A stretch of DNA of 63,997 nt, counting the filler, from Collodictyon triciliatum (taxonomy: Eukaryota): NCBI GenBank assembly GCA_043381765.1. It is 5 parts of 5 records of this genome, joined end to end, with 100 filler letters (N's around TTAATTAATTAA, not from the genome) between each part and the next. Parts side by side here need not be neighbours in the genome. Positions count along the whole stretch, not along the records: positions 1 to 12,748 come from JBHJMP010002106.1; 4 more parts are not named here. One strand, 5' to 3'. The notes under the pieces were generated by a model. The model saw nothing but the letters and a program-made list of their open reading frames with translations, was not told the origin of the DNA and did not search any database. This document shows positions 1-12,848 of this stretch, one piece after another (the first letter of the stretch is position 1; each line of letters begins with the position of its first letter). The position numbers and the translations under genes are program-made.

Positions 1-855
1 AAAAAAAAATACTTTTCATCGATTGTTGGGAGCTGTTGTGATTTCAATATGTAACATCTTGCAAACAGATAAGTGTCGGTAACCAAATTATGACACAATA
101 AAACTGTATCTTGATTTTGTCATAGTCATCTGCATTCTTTACAATCGACTTTAGAGATGTTTTCACATTTCGATAGTCTGGTTTTACAGACTTTACATTC
201 TCATACTAAAGATGTTTCCTTTTCTTCATCTGAAAGTCTTTGTTTTATTTTTCCTTCAGAAAACTACCGAGTTTTCAATTTTTTTTTCCTTTATTCGATT
301 CGAAGTGCAGCGAGGTTATGCCATACAAAGGGGCGGAATAGATTCCTCAGGTGTTTTAAATTATCATAATTTACTATAAATATATTAAAATAGATGATAT
401 TATGCCTCAGGTCTGCCCCATGTATTAAAAAACCGTATGTAGTATAATTTCCAGAAATAGTAAAGGCAGGAGGAAAGCACTTTTTGTCTCGATTGCCGAT
501 CGCAATCACCGTTGCTTGGGCGCTTTCTTGAGTGACCGACGAAAGACTGAAGGACATCGAAGGTAGGTTCGCCGCTTCACTTGCGCTGCAACGTCCTTTG
601 GTGTCACTCATTAGCAGGTCGCGCCATTTATCGAAGACGGCAGAAACAAGATGGAGCATTATTTGTTTCGAGTATTTGGCTGCACATTTGTGTCTTCTTG
701 TTGTCTGTTCTTGGCCTCTGGCCCATGCTGTTGTTTTTGGTGGTGTGCGACCGCTTTCTCCATAGAGACCAAAGGATGCAAGTTGCTCTCTTGCTTTAGC
801 GAAAACTCAAGAGATGAAGAACCAGGGCTCTGTTAACTTCTAATCCGCAGAGACG

Positions 856-1125
856 ATGAGCGAAGCTAGCGAATCGGCAGTGCGTCTTCTCCGGGTTTTG
901 ATTGACAAGATAGCCGGCCCGAATGCTTCCCAAACAGAGTTGTTTCCATACTGTCTTCGAATTCTATCCAGCCGGCTTGGGTCCACTCAGCTTCAAGATG
1001 ATGTTCTTATTCTAGATACGGCCAAGAAGAGGCGTAAGGAATCCCGCTGAAAATAGAATATTTATGCTTTCTTTTTCCGTATTTATTGATCTTTTTCTTT
1101 ATTTTGTCGATCAATGAATCCCGGC

Positions 1126-1223
<98 letters not shown>

Positions 1224-4200
1224 CATTATTATCTATTGAAATTAAAATCGAATAAAAATTTTTCCTGAATAGAGGTATCGAGGCATTTTGTTGGTATTAT
1301 TTATTTAATATTGAACCCAATATACCTGCTTCAAATTATTCCTTAACCTTACAGTTGCACATGAAAATCGGTTCAATGATGCTGCAACACTAGCTGAGCT
1401 TCATCAAAGACTTTTGTCCAAAAGAACACTCAGGAATCCGACTGCACTTTTGCATCTACTCACAACTATTGCTAATCAATCTGTAACACCTTCACAGCCA
1501 AATGGACTACATCATTCGGTAGATTGTGTTTGACATTTTAATTTTATAGTATTTGATATGTTTTAGCGAATGTTTAATATATTTATATTCATGGTAGTTC
1601 TTGTCATCGAATCTATCGAATGTTGATTTGGTAATAGAGCGCATGCAAATTAGAGGTTTATTTTATTTTTAGACAAGACTGTCTCTGTTATTTGAATGAT
1701 TTATGTCTGTTTTATTTTGGTTGTGTTTATTAATGAAAAATGTTTTTCCTAGACAAAGAAAAACGTTCTCAGCTCGAACCAGCGTCCTCTAGATCTTCTA
1801 TTCCGCCTTCCACTGCAGCTTCTGGGTCCACTATCAGCATAGATGTGCGACAAAATCATATGCAGCTCTCGCCAGTATTTCATGATTTTCAGAGGGTTGA
1901 AAAAAGTGACTTTCACGATTATATTGATTGATTTATACTTTTCTTTTAAAAAATAGTTGAAAATCATCCCAAAGGCCCTGCTAATGAATTATTATCAATT
2001 ATAGCCTTACTTGAAATACCTGAAGAGTATTTGATCAGAGATTTAGTCTTTGTTTTGCATGGTGTCGAGGGAAAATATATAAAATATGACTCGTCGTTGG
2101 ATGCATATGGAGTTGAACCAAGTGTATAGTTTTTTATTAATAACTTTTATTGTGATGTACATTCATTAAAAAAACCGGAAATGAACTCATTCTCTGATTC
2201 ACATGAAAGATTGGAGTTCCGAGACCTATTAAGGATCTTATCAGGAGGTGCTCTGAAGTTGGCTGGATTTACCGCCGGATCAATACCTTTCTTCAGCAAA
2301 AATCCTCAGAGGCGTCGGTTGGACTCATAGTCCAAGTAATGATTTATAGTCTAAATCCAATAATTCATTCTATTATTACAGCCTTTCAAGGATTAAAATA
2401 TTCATAACAGAGTTTTTGCTCTCGAATTAAACAAGACTTGTTGGAGTATTATCGACTTGTTGCTGTACTTGAAGGTCTTGATCAGTCACTTGCTTGATTT
2501 TAAAGCACAAAAACTTAAATTCATATGTATTTTGAATTATAGGAACAGTATCTAACTTGTCACTCTTCTTTTTCTTTTTATTCTCTATTATTACTATATG
2601 CATCTCTTTCTTTATCTTTATCTTTATCAGTATCATTATACACTTATGTCATTCAATTCTTATCTTTATTCATGCCTTAATATTAATTATGACATTAGGT
2701 CAGCTTCTATCGAGCAGTACTCCTATATCTCGGTTAGAGAATGAGCAATCCTGCTCCAACGCAATTACTCTACGTCGCATGTTTGTCTGGCTTCAAGGAC
2801 CTCTTCAGAAAATTAAAATAATTGCCACACTAGTTGATATGTGCCAAGGTTGGAACCATGTTTTTATCAGAATATTTTTGAATCAAATCAAAAGTGGTAT
2901 CCAAAATTTCTATTAAATTTGGACTATGTGTCAAAACTTTTAAATCGTTATAAAATCGAAGCGAAAAAGGGAGGCGCAATTTTATCAACAGTGCACAACC
3001 ACTCAAACACTGGTGATCCTGTCATGAGGCAATACGTGGAATCCGTTTTGAAAGAAGTAGGAATGCCATTTATTTTGATTTGGCTACTAGGAATTTTTTC
3101 CGATAATATAAATAATTTATTATGACAGATTTCCCGTCCACTATATCTTATGGTTCAAAAATGGATGTTTGAAGGTGAATTGCAAGACCCTTTTCAGGTT
3201 AGTGTTCGCGTGATTTTTATTCGAATGAAAACTTTACGTCGTTGAAAGCAGTTTGGATTTTATTTCCTATTTTTTCTTTTTTTCTTTTTTTAATTGACAT
3301 TGTTGTAGAATTTATGCATTTGGGAATAAAGTTACATGAATACGATGATGTATAGGAATTTTTCGTTGAGACTGATACTAAAGCAATAAGCGGTGAATCT
3401 CTCTGGTCTTCGAAATACAGATTGCGAGACGATATGCTTCCATCCTTTATAATAAAACCTCTTGCAGAAAAAGTGAAATATCTCATATGTTTTTTATGTA
3501 ATATTAATTTAAAAGCATTATATGAACACAAGAAAAATAATATTGCATCCTTAACTGTAAAATGTTACTGCAGTACTCTAATTTTTGGAAATTAGATTCT
3601 TTTGATAGGGAAGTCTATCAACTTTATTCGATATTGCTGCAAGGTTGGCATTTTCTATTTCCATTCTAGAAAAAATGAAAATTAAATAGTAAATAAATTT
3701 TCTCTTTTCAAAGGATAACATATTTCATGTAACCACCATTATTTTTCATACATGGTGTATTTATCATTTTAAAAAATAAGGATACCCAATGGATCAAAGA
3801 TTCTGGCCTACAGTCGTATGAAAGATCCTCAACTCTCGAATATGGTACGCCGACTTTGGAAAAAACTGTTGAAGAAATTTCTGATGCCACGAATAAACGC
3901 CTTGTAGAGGTTTAAATGAATTATTTTTCTATTTGAGCTATCATCACTTTTGATATATGAATGCGACATAATTTTTTTTATATAGCACAAGTCCCAAAAC
4001 ACCCTGAAGGCTTGATGATCGATAGTTATACAAAAAAAAAATTCATGCCCAAAATAGATCATGTTCTCCAAATATAAACTTGAGAGCCATTTTTCTGCCT
4101 TGAAGCGATATCTTCTTCTCGGACAGGGAGACTTTGTTCAATATTTAATCGATCTGCTCAAGTAATCATTAGTCCTTTGCACTCCTATAATCATAAAAGC

Positions 4201-6192
4201 ACAAATTAGCGTATTGGAGAGGAATTGTAAACTTTCTGTTTTGTACATCAATCTCGACATAATAGCACCCTTTTAAAACAAATTTTTGGGAATAATCTCA
4301 CAATTTAATCATCCTCCCATATAAGTACCATCATCTATTCATATCTACCATAGTGATGCTGTCCAAAAGGGGGGATTATCACCGACCATGGCTATGAGAA
4401 ATCTTAGGCAAGACTTTTCTAGCATTCTAGATAGTGCCATAAGAGGCTCAAACGCCCAATATGATGACCCCGAGATACTTGACCGCTTGGATGTCAAGAT
4501 GGAAGATGTAGTGCATTTCATCTATCCTATTTTATTTCCCTTTTATCGTTACGATATTGAAATATAACGCAATATTATCCTCGGTGAATTATTATTATTA
4601 TTTTTTGTTTGGTCTAGCTTCCCGTAGCTTTTTTTTTCATTGCTTTCAATTGACTAAAGCTGATTTTCCCTTTTTTTTAAAAAAAAAAAATTCAAATTAA
4701 TTGGTGAATATATATGTAATCGAACTAGGTTAAAGAATCCGAAAATATTTTGGATGTATTCTCTTTAGAATATAATGTCAATCTCCCCATCAACGTAGTG
4801 TTAAATGGGGAGGGTACAAGATTTTTTCTTTCCTTTTAGCGTACGATCAAGAAGGATACCACACAAAATTGAAAGGGGTTTATGTTCTCTTTTTGTTTTT
4901 GCCTGTCCCTTTGAATCTTTTAATTTCTGCTAGTTTGGGGGCTATGTCCCTGTATCGCCAATAAATGATTAATTTGTTCAACTTATTTACTAATTTGAAA
5001 AAAAAAATATACAGCTATGAAAAAATATGGATACATATTTCAATCTCTGTGGAAATTGAAAAGAATGGAAAACTATTTAAATATGATTTGGCAGTCACAG
5101 GTATAGTTGTTCGGTATAATAGTATTCTTAAAAAAGTGGGGGCTTGTACTCGTACTTATAGATTTTTTTTTCCTTTATTCGATTCAAAGTACTCGTACTT
5201 ATAGATGAATGACTTTCGGTGATTTGATGAACAGAAATCTAATTATTGTTTGTCTTACACGCACTATATTGCAGATTGGTATGAGTAGAGTTCTGCGTTC
5301 TTGGGTGCATCTAGGTCCTTTCCTCCGGCGGTGTCAAGTTGAACTTCCGTTTACATACTTGCTTTTATATGCAACTTTATCAAACAAAATAAATAAACGA
5401 CTTGTTTTTTCTTCATTTTTCATTTCATATACTCCATATGAGTTGTACAGAAATTGACTACTCTTTTCTTTCTTTTTTTTTTTTAACATAGGTTTTGAGA
5501 ACAGAGATGGTTCATTTTGTAGATAATCTTAATTATTATGTGATGTTTGAGGTTCTGGAATGTGCATGGGTAGAATTACAGTCCAATCACAAGAAAGCCA
5601 CTGACCTAGACCAGCTTATTAAGGTTTCTTCATTTCTACTGCCCCGCATATTTGCCTCATAGAGGAACCCCATTTTCACGACACATTATTTTTTTCTCCT
5701 ATATTCCATTCAAGAGGAGGGAGGTTTTTAGATTATTTTTTTACAAAATCGAGGGGGCCTTTGATGCAATTATGCATAAGTTATTTATGTTGATATGTAT
5801 AGGCCCACGACAAATATCTGTTGTGGATTTCCGGGAATATGCTTTTGCGAGAGATGCACGGCAAAGATAGTCCTGATGGCTTCAAAGGCCTTTTCCGGGA
5901 TATATTCCGAGTCATTATGCAATTCCACGACTTCCAGCGGGATTTTACGACAGCCGCTTTAGAGGAATACACAGAGTATCAATCGCGAGAGCAGATGATC
6001 GAAGAGCGCGCAAGACAAGGCAAATGGGGGGAAAATCCGGCGCAGATGAAGGCCCAGATGCACGGGTCAATCCCAAACACAGCATTTTTTATGAGCCTTG
6101 GTTACAAACGGTGCCCAACGAGCGCCGCAAACGAGCGCATCGACCGACTGGCCACAGAATACCGAGCATACATTGGACAATTTATTCAGAAG
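856..6192 (+). CDS. TUBGCP3: Gamma-tubulin complex component 3 (GCP3/Spc98), ~16 exons; 3' end lost in the N gap at 6298-6846
   Basis: Spliced translation gives GCP-family motifs: LIRDLVFVLHGVEGKYIKYD, SEVGWIYRRI, LEYYRLVAVLE, ITLRRMFVWLQGP, GELQDPFQEFFV, ILLIGKSINFIRYCC, ALKRYLLLGQGDFVQYL, LDSAIRGSNAQYDD, EMVHFVDNLNYYVMFEVLECAW. All traced introns are GT-AG with consistent phases. Confidence 0.92.
1128..1231. repeat. (TAT)n microsatellite in GCP3 intron 1
   Basis: Direct tandem repeat. Confidence 0.97.
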
Positions 6193-6297
6193 GTTTGTGT
6201 TTGGGTATATGTTAATAATCAGAACGAGGTAGAAGAGAAAAAGAGTCCCAAAAAAAAGGATGAGCTTGTCGAATTATCCCTCTTTCTTCTTCTTCTT

Positions 6298-6846
6298 NNN
6301 NNNNNNNNNNNNNNNNNNNNNNNNNNNNNNNNNNNNNNNNNNNNNNNNNNNNNNNNNNNNNNNNNNNNNNNNNNNNNNNNNNNNNNNNNNNNNNNNNNNN
6401 NNNNNNNNNNNNNNNNNNNNNNNNNNNNNNNNNNNNNNNNNNNNNNNNNNNNNNNNNNNNNNNNNNNNNNNNNNNNNNNNNNNNNNNNNNNNNNNNNNNN
6501 NNNNNNNNNNNNNNNNNNNNNNNNNNNNNNNNNNNNNNNNNNNNNNNNNNNNNNNNNNNNNNNNNNNNNNNNNNNNNNNNNNNNNNNNNNNNNNNNNNNN
6601 NNNNNNNNNNNNNNNNNNNNNNNNNNNNNNNNNNNNNNNNNNNNNNNNNNNNNNNNNNNNNNNNNNNNNNNNNNNNNNNNNNNNNNNNNNNNNNNNNNNN
6701 NNNNNNNNNNNNNNNNNNNNNNNNNNNNNNNNNNNNNNNNNNNNNNNNNNNNNNNNNNNNNNNNNNNNNNNNNNNNNNNNNNNNNNNNNNNNNNNNNNNN
6801 NNNNNNNNNNNNNNNNNNNNNNNNNNNNNNNNNNNNNNNNNNNNNN
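6298..6846. other. Intra-scaffold assembly gap (N run)
   Basis: Run of N without the TTAATTAATTAA linker. Confidence 0.99.
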
Positions 6847-7132
6847 CTGGGTATTGTTCGTGTGTGGATATATGTGTGTGTCTGCGGTGTATCCGGTTAA
6901 AGTCTTGTCCGGAGTGAGGGTGTAGGCGAAAAGAGAAATCGACCCCTTAATCATGATTTAATCAACAAGAATGCTGCCATTGAGGAGAGAGAAGCAGGGC
7001 GTATAGAGGAAAAGGACCACAAGAAGAGAGGCAACGAACGGGAAGGCGGGCTAGACGGGAAGGCGAAGCAGAAGACTCTAAAAGGCATCAACGCGCGATG
7101 AAGCGGAGTGTGGAGAGATAAGGGCGTGGGCT

Positions 7133-8118
7133 TCAAGCGCGAATGCGGGAAACCGCAGCCACAGAGGAAGCACCGAAGCCACGCATCGCGCAGAGCGCAG
7201 CCACGGCAACTTCGGCATCCTTGATGAGAGACGCGTGTGGCTGTGGCTGTGGCTGTGGCTGTGGCTGCGGCTGTGGTTGCAGTGGGGAAAGGGTGGCCCC
7301 TTGGTCGGTGGCTGTGGTGCAGTCCGAGCTCAGCTCCGAGTCGGAGGACGAGTCTGTGGCAGCATCAAAGCACGTGGGGAGGGGAGGTAGCACGTGCAGC
7401 GGCTGTGGTTGTGGTTGTGGCTGGAGGTGCAGCGGTAGTGACAGCGGACACGTGTAGGCGTTTGTGTATGCGTACGGGCGGGGTAGCGAGGCGAAGGGCA
7501 GGAGCTGTGGTTGTGGCTGTGGCTGTGGCTGTGGCTGTGGTTGCCGCTTTGGTGGGAATGGGCGGGGTGGGAAGTGGGGGGCCGGTCGGGTCGGATTCTT
7601 GCGGGTTGGTGGGCGGCGCAGGGGCAACAGCATGACTGTGGCTGCATCTGTGGCTGCATCTGTGGCTGTGGCTGTGGCCGTGGTGGAAAGTGTGGCAGAG
7701 AGTGTGGCAGCTAATGGAGCTTCGCGGTCTTCATGCTTCTTGCCCCATGCGCGCGTGTAGTTGCCGCCACAGTGCTTGCATAGCCAGCGGATGACGCTGC
7801 CACAGAGTTTGCAGTACCCTCCCTGGGTGAATTTATCTCTGAGCCTGCTTGTCTTTTGTCTTTTGTCTTTTGTCTTTTGTCTTTTGTCTTTTGTCTTTTG
7901 TCTTTTGTCTTTTTGCTTTTGTCTTTTGTCTTTTGTCTTTTGTCTTTTGTCTTTTGTCTTTTGTCTTTTGTCTTTTGTCTTTTGTCTTTTGTCTTTTGTC
8001 TTTTGTCTTTTGTCTTTTTGCTTCTGTCTTTTGTCTTTTTGCTTCTGTTTGCCACGACGCGTACCTGCGGCTTGTTGGGTGGATTGTTCAAGTTGCAAGT
8101 GTAGCAGTGGGGCGGCAT
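7133..8118 (-). CDS. Putative zinc-ribbon protein, ~247 aa, 2 exons (8118-8065, 7822-7133), with PQ-rich low-complexity tail
   Basis: Intron 8064-7823 (CAG|GTACGC...CCCAG|GGA, phase 0) joins MPPHCYTCNLNNPPNKPQ to GGYCKLCGSVIRWLCKHCGGNYTRAWGKKH, giving three CxxC pairs. The tail has (QP)n tracts and ends AEVAVAALCAMRG. Confidence 0.62.
7850..8048. repeat. (GTCTTTT)n heptamer repeat filling the zinc-ribbon gene intron
   Basis: Direct tandem repeat. Confidence 0.96.
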
Positions 8119-9438
8119 TGTGGATGGGCGGTTGATTGCGGCGCGATTGCTGGATGAAGAAAAAAAAAACAGTGTGTTCTTTCAGGTTTGGCTTTGTTTT
8201 TTCTTTGTCTTTTTTTTTTTTCCCAATCTTGTGTCTCTCTTTGTGGGTCTGTGTGACCCGCCCTGCCCCGTCTTGCTCCACCCATATTGGAGTCATGGTT
8301 GTGCCCTCCACCTGCCCTTGTCTGTCGCCCTGATCATTGGGGTGCCTGTCCGAGGCTGACAGAGCAATTCTCGTGGGGCCGGGGCGTGTTTGTGTGTGCG
8401 AGGACGACTCGCTGTTTGAGGTGATTATATATGAGGATGGTTTTCAGCAGTCAGAATGTCGCGTTTCGTCCGATGTTCTCTTAAGCCTGATTTCTTTCGA
8501 TATAAAACAAAAAAATCACTGGAGCTCACAAATTAATTGACCTTTCGGTATTTTCCTGCGCGTGTCAGTCATTGAAGAAAGTGGTATTGAATCAAAAGCA
8601 AACAAAAAGAAAAAAAAACACAGTTTGTTTCTTGGTTGTTTTTTTATTTATTGGCGAAAGCGTGAGTGGTTTCCTTTCATCCATCGTTGCGTAAATGCGA
8701 ATGTTTATTCGACTTCCTGCATTTTCAATAAATACGGACAAATATAGTCAAAGTTCATGACGAATGACCACGCGCACTGATTAGCTCACTTCTTTGCTTG
8801 GAAACAGAGGGCAAAAGCTTCGTGCTTATTCCGCATTTGGACCGGCCATCCCTTCAACGGCCCCAACGCATATTCCTAATCTTAAAAAAAAAAAAGAAAG
8901 AACATGAATTCATTTTTGTGTGCACGAGAGGATTGGAAATATAAAGAGCAGCCCAATTACTTTCCCTTCGATTCCTGTTCGTTTTTGAACGTGCAGAATT
9001 TGTTTCTTCTGGCTGAATCCAACTATCGGCACGCGCAACATTCATATATGGTAATAATGCACCACACACGCTCCAAACAAGCACACGCACACGTACGTGC
9101 AACTTCATACACTACATTCAACTAACCACATGTACCTGTAAAAAAGGTCTAGACATTAGTATATATGTATGATTAAGATTACATAATGAATATATCTTAT
9201 TTAGATAAACCCATTCAATACTTATTTAAAAAGTCATATGTTTATTTTCCAAATATGCATATTCTGTGAACAACACTCACATCTTCATTCTTCCGCTTTG
9301 ACGAAAGCACGACGCGGCGTGCGGATGGCCGCGCAATAGGCATGAACATAAACAAGACCCACAAGATAAAGAGATACAGCTACGAGAGGTTTATAGGCAC
9401 TTCTTCAGGCGGTTAGTTATAGGCCCCTGCATCACAAC

Positions 9439-12400
9439 TCAGCTCAACTTCGAGCGCAGAGTAGGAGTTCGGGGGCGTGGAACAGCAGGTGGTGCCTGGG
9501 CAACCACAAATTTGGGGGCGGATGTAGACTTTAACAATTGAGAGGGAGGGGTTGGGGCAAATGTAGAGGCTGAGGTAGATGTCGGAGACAAGGGTGTGTT
9601 GGGCCGGGAGACTCGCTTGGATATCTCATCCGTTTGCAAAGGTTGGGATAATCGCGTAAACGGTGGATACTCGGGTGGAAGAACAGACGCCCGGGGTGTT
9701 GCCGGAGGCAGGCTTGGAAACGCGGAAATGCTAGGAGAAAGGGGAATATGGCTAGAGGCTGAACTGGGCCTTGCAGCCCGCGGGGTTAACTTCTCCTCGG
9801 CAACGGCAAGAGGGTCCATTGCGTCTGCTGCATTAATAGCAGGCAAGTATGAGAGCGCAAAGGATGTCGGGGGTTGAACTTGTCCTGGTGCTTGTGCGTG
9901 GCCAAGCGTAAAAGATTCGTCAGTTTTGGGTGTTGCTTCATTAACTAGAATGATGTGCTCCACTTGGCGGGGGTGCGATTGGTGATAAAGCGAGGTTCCC
10001 TCTATCATTCTCCCGATGCTAAGCAGTTCAGCTTGCACAGATGTGGTGTCCATGCCTGTTTTCTGGAGTAGAGTAACAAGGTATCGACATTGGGTCATTA
10101 ACCTCCCAACTTGAATAGTTCGCTCTTTTCCTGTATATCTTGCCATTTAGGGATTCTGAGACCCGTTTGATACACATTTGACATAGCAACGTCATTTTGA
10201 TATGAATCAGAGAACTTTACCTATGTTTTCGAGTTCTTTGATGCGCTTGGTGAACCTTTTTTTTTTCATACATATAAAAATGGTTAATTTATGAATAAAT
10301 GCCTAGTTTTCTATTTCCCCTATATATGATGTTCTATTGTTCGCTAATATATGATATGACATTTAGTTTGAATCTTGTAAATATCACGCAATTGGGGGTA
10401 GAGGAGGAAGAAGAAAGAGGGAGAGGAAGAAAGAGCATATATTCATCTGGATTGCACTTTTGGTGTGATTCTATCATCCGCTTTTGAAGGGTCTCCATGG
10501 CTTTTCGATTTTTCACGTCGGATGACATACGTTGCGCAATTTCATTATCTTTTTCCCTGGTTATTCTTTTGCACTATTTATAATATTGAAATTAACATGC
10601 CAGCTTGTGACCTTGCATTAAGATCTCAAAATAGTAATCATAATTAAAAGGTCCATATCATTACAAAAATTACCATATCCACTTGAATATCAATTTTGGT
10701 CATAAGTTCTTTCTTGTCTTTATCCAGAGCCCTCAACAATTCTCGGATATGCAGTTCTGATGCCAAGTATTTCTTATGGAAATCGCAATTTTATATTATT
10801 TTTCTCATAAATGACATGACACTATTTCATAGTGACACATTCACTTGAGAAACCGGTAAAACAAAAGAAAACAAAACACTCCATATCATAGAGTAATATT
10901 CAACAATCATACTTCCTTGAAAATAGTCGCCTCTCTAATCTTGACCTCCAGATCACTTATATGGTGATTACCCATTTTAATATGGTCTTCGAGTTCCTTA
11001 ACAGCTTTGGCATGTGATTCATTTATCCGGTCAATTTCCTTTGTATAATATACTACAAGCTTTTTGAGGTCATCTTCGTGCTCTTTGAAGGCAATCTGTG
11101 CATAATGAACAGTAAAATATATTGTATCCGAATTCACAAGTGGTGGTGGTGGGGGGTCTTATTTGGTGTGAATAAATAATAAATGACCAGGAATCGCCCG
11201 GTAAGTAATTTACTCACCTTCCATGCTTGACGAAAGACACTTTCTTGCTTTAGAAGGTATGCCTTCAAGCGAACTTTGTTTGCCTTTCTTAGATGATCAA
11301 TTTTTTCTTTATAATTGGCATCCATGAAATTTCTCTTTGACAGATTCTAGTCATAAAAAAGATTTTTTTTTAAATGAAACTCTTGTTATTTCATGATTTT
11401 ACAGTTCAATACATTCTTTTCTTTGACCTGAATAAATGAAAATAATTTCCTACTTTACATTCATTTTTACAGTGATATGGGGAAGGGGAGCTTTGATGAA
11501 AACAGCAAACCTCCTCTGTATAGCTACTATAATATTCATCACACTTCATATTGATATCCATCGCAAGTTTATCTAAAAGACTCTCTTCTATAGTTTGGGT
11601 TTTAGACATCTCTTCCTAATTTTTGGGACAAAATATCGTAAGCTAAGAGCCAAAAAAAAAACGAAAATTTTTTTATTATTCGATGTCTAGGAAACAACCT
11701 TTATGAAGGCTTTCGCCTTGTCCAAAGCGTATTGAGCTACATGAGCCAAAAATATACCGTCTTGTTTTGAAAACTATAAAAAAAAATTCTTTAGATTTGA
11801 AGTCGTCTCGAAAACAATGCTTTTCAAGGTTTATTGTTGATTAAATTATGTTAAAAAATTGACCTCTTCACTAGCAACTATTACTTGAGGAATTTCAGCA
11901 AATCGCTCCCTCATTTTGATGAATGTTTCATTCTGACGCTTTCTTAAAGTTGCACGGTGCCTAGAAAAAGCCTCAAAGAGATGATACTATATCATCGAAG
12001 TTAAAATGAATGAATACGTTCACCATATCATATCACTTGAAGCTTTCGTACACCAGAAGTGCAAATAGATGAGGTAACTTTCATTATTCTTTGTATATAG
12101 GTACATTAGCTTACAGAAAATCGAGGATTAACACAATTTCCGCTTGCAGTCCCTTTAGGTTCATGAGTCCCAAAATTATGCTAAGAGTTTAATGGAGATA
12201 TTTAAATGTGGGAGAATAAAAAAACATCTTTTTAGAAAGAAGCATAAAGAATAGTTAGATGTAGCATGGACCAGCTCTAGAGGATTTTGGTATTTCTTGT
12301 CGGCTTCGTCTTTCCTTTTGGTGCTGCTTGGAGTAGTGTCTGTTGATGATTGGAGATCTTTCGGGCTATATTCCATGTGAGGGAATGAAAATACTTCATC

Positions 12401-12570
12401 AAGAATATCTTCCTCCATGAAAAACTTCGGGACCGTAGGGGAGATGATCTTTTTCGATATCGGAATAGGTATTTGGATATGTTCGAGTTCCAACTTTGCA
12501 GCCGAGGTAAACCACGCCTTGGCTGCTGTTTCGTCATTGGAGGCATCATTTTTTTCATCGATACCAATGC
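9439..12570 (-). CDS. Uncharacterised coiled-coil protein with Pro/Ser-rich C-terminus; 5' end truncated at the contig end
   Basis: About 10 exons join in phase through GT-AG introns (e.g. NPLEL|GLQAEIVLILDFL|HRATLRK, MDANYKEKIDHLRKANKVRLK, IDIQVDM|CKRITREKDNEIAQR, ELENI|GKERTIQ). Charged heptad pattern. Confidence 0.8.
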
Positions 12571-12597
12571 CTGTATTGAATAATTGAATGATTGAAT

Positions 12598-12650
12598 ACA
12601 ACAACAACATCAAAATCAAGAACAAGAACAAGAACAAGAACAAGAACAAG

Positions 12651-12694
<44 letters not shown>

Positions 12695-12748
12695 AACAAC
12701 AACAAAACAACAACAAAACAACAACAAAACAACAACAAAACAACAACA
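12598..12748. repeat. Compound (AAGAAC)n/(AAC)n microsatellite at contig end
   Basis: Direct tandem repeat. Confidence 0.95.
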
Positions 12749-12848
12749 NNNNNNNNNNNNNNNNNNNNNNNNNNNNNNNNNNNNNNNNNNNNTTAATTAA
12801 TTAANNNNNNNNNNNNNNNNNNNNNNNNNNNNNNNNNNNNNNNNNNNN
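12749..12848. other. Artificial contig linker N44-TTAATTAATTAA-N44
   Basis: Six-frame stop spacer flanked by Ns; identical copies occur at 25587, 38422 and 51236. Confidence 0.98.

Noticed and set aside
1-700. Divergent minus-strand gene upstream of GCP3
   Set aside because: I could not assemble a phase-consistent model or recognise a domain, so it is left uncalled.
5146-5206. 18-bp direct repeat GTACTCGTACTTATAGAT x2 in a GCP3 intron
   Set aside because: Only two copies 25 nt apart, with no element or array; a local duplication, not a CRISPR or mobile element.
7133-8311. 392-aa ORF with (QKTKDKR)n
   Set aside because: It stays open only because the heptamer repeat lacks stops. A spliced model with good GT-AG sites and a Cys motif explains the region better.
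12793-12804. Periodic palindrome TTAATTAATTAA as a biological element
   Set aside because: It is always embedded in N44 flanks; this is a six-frame stop spacer added during concatenation.
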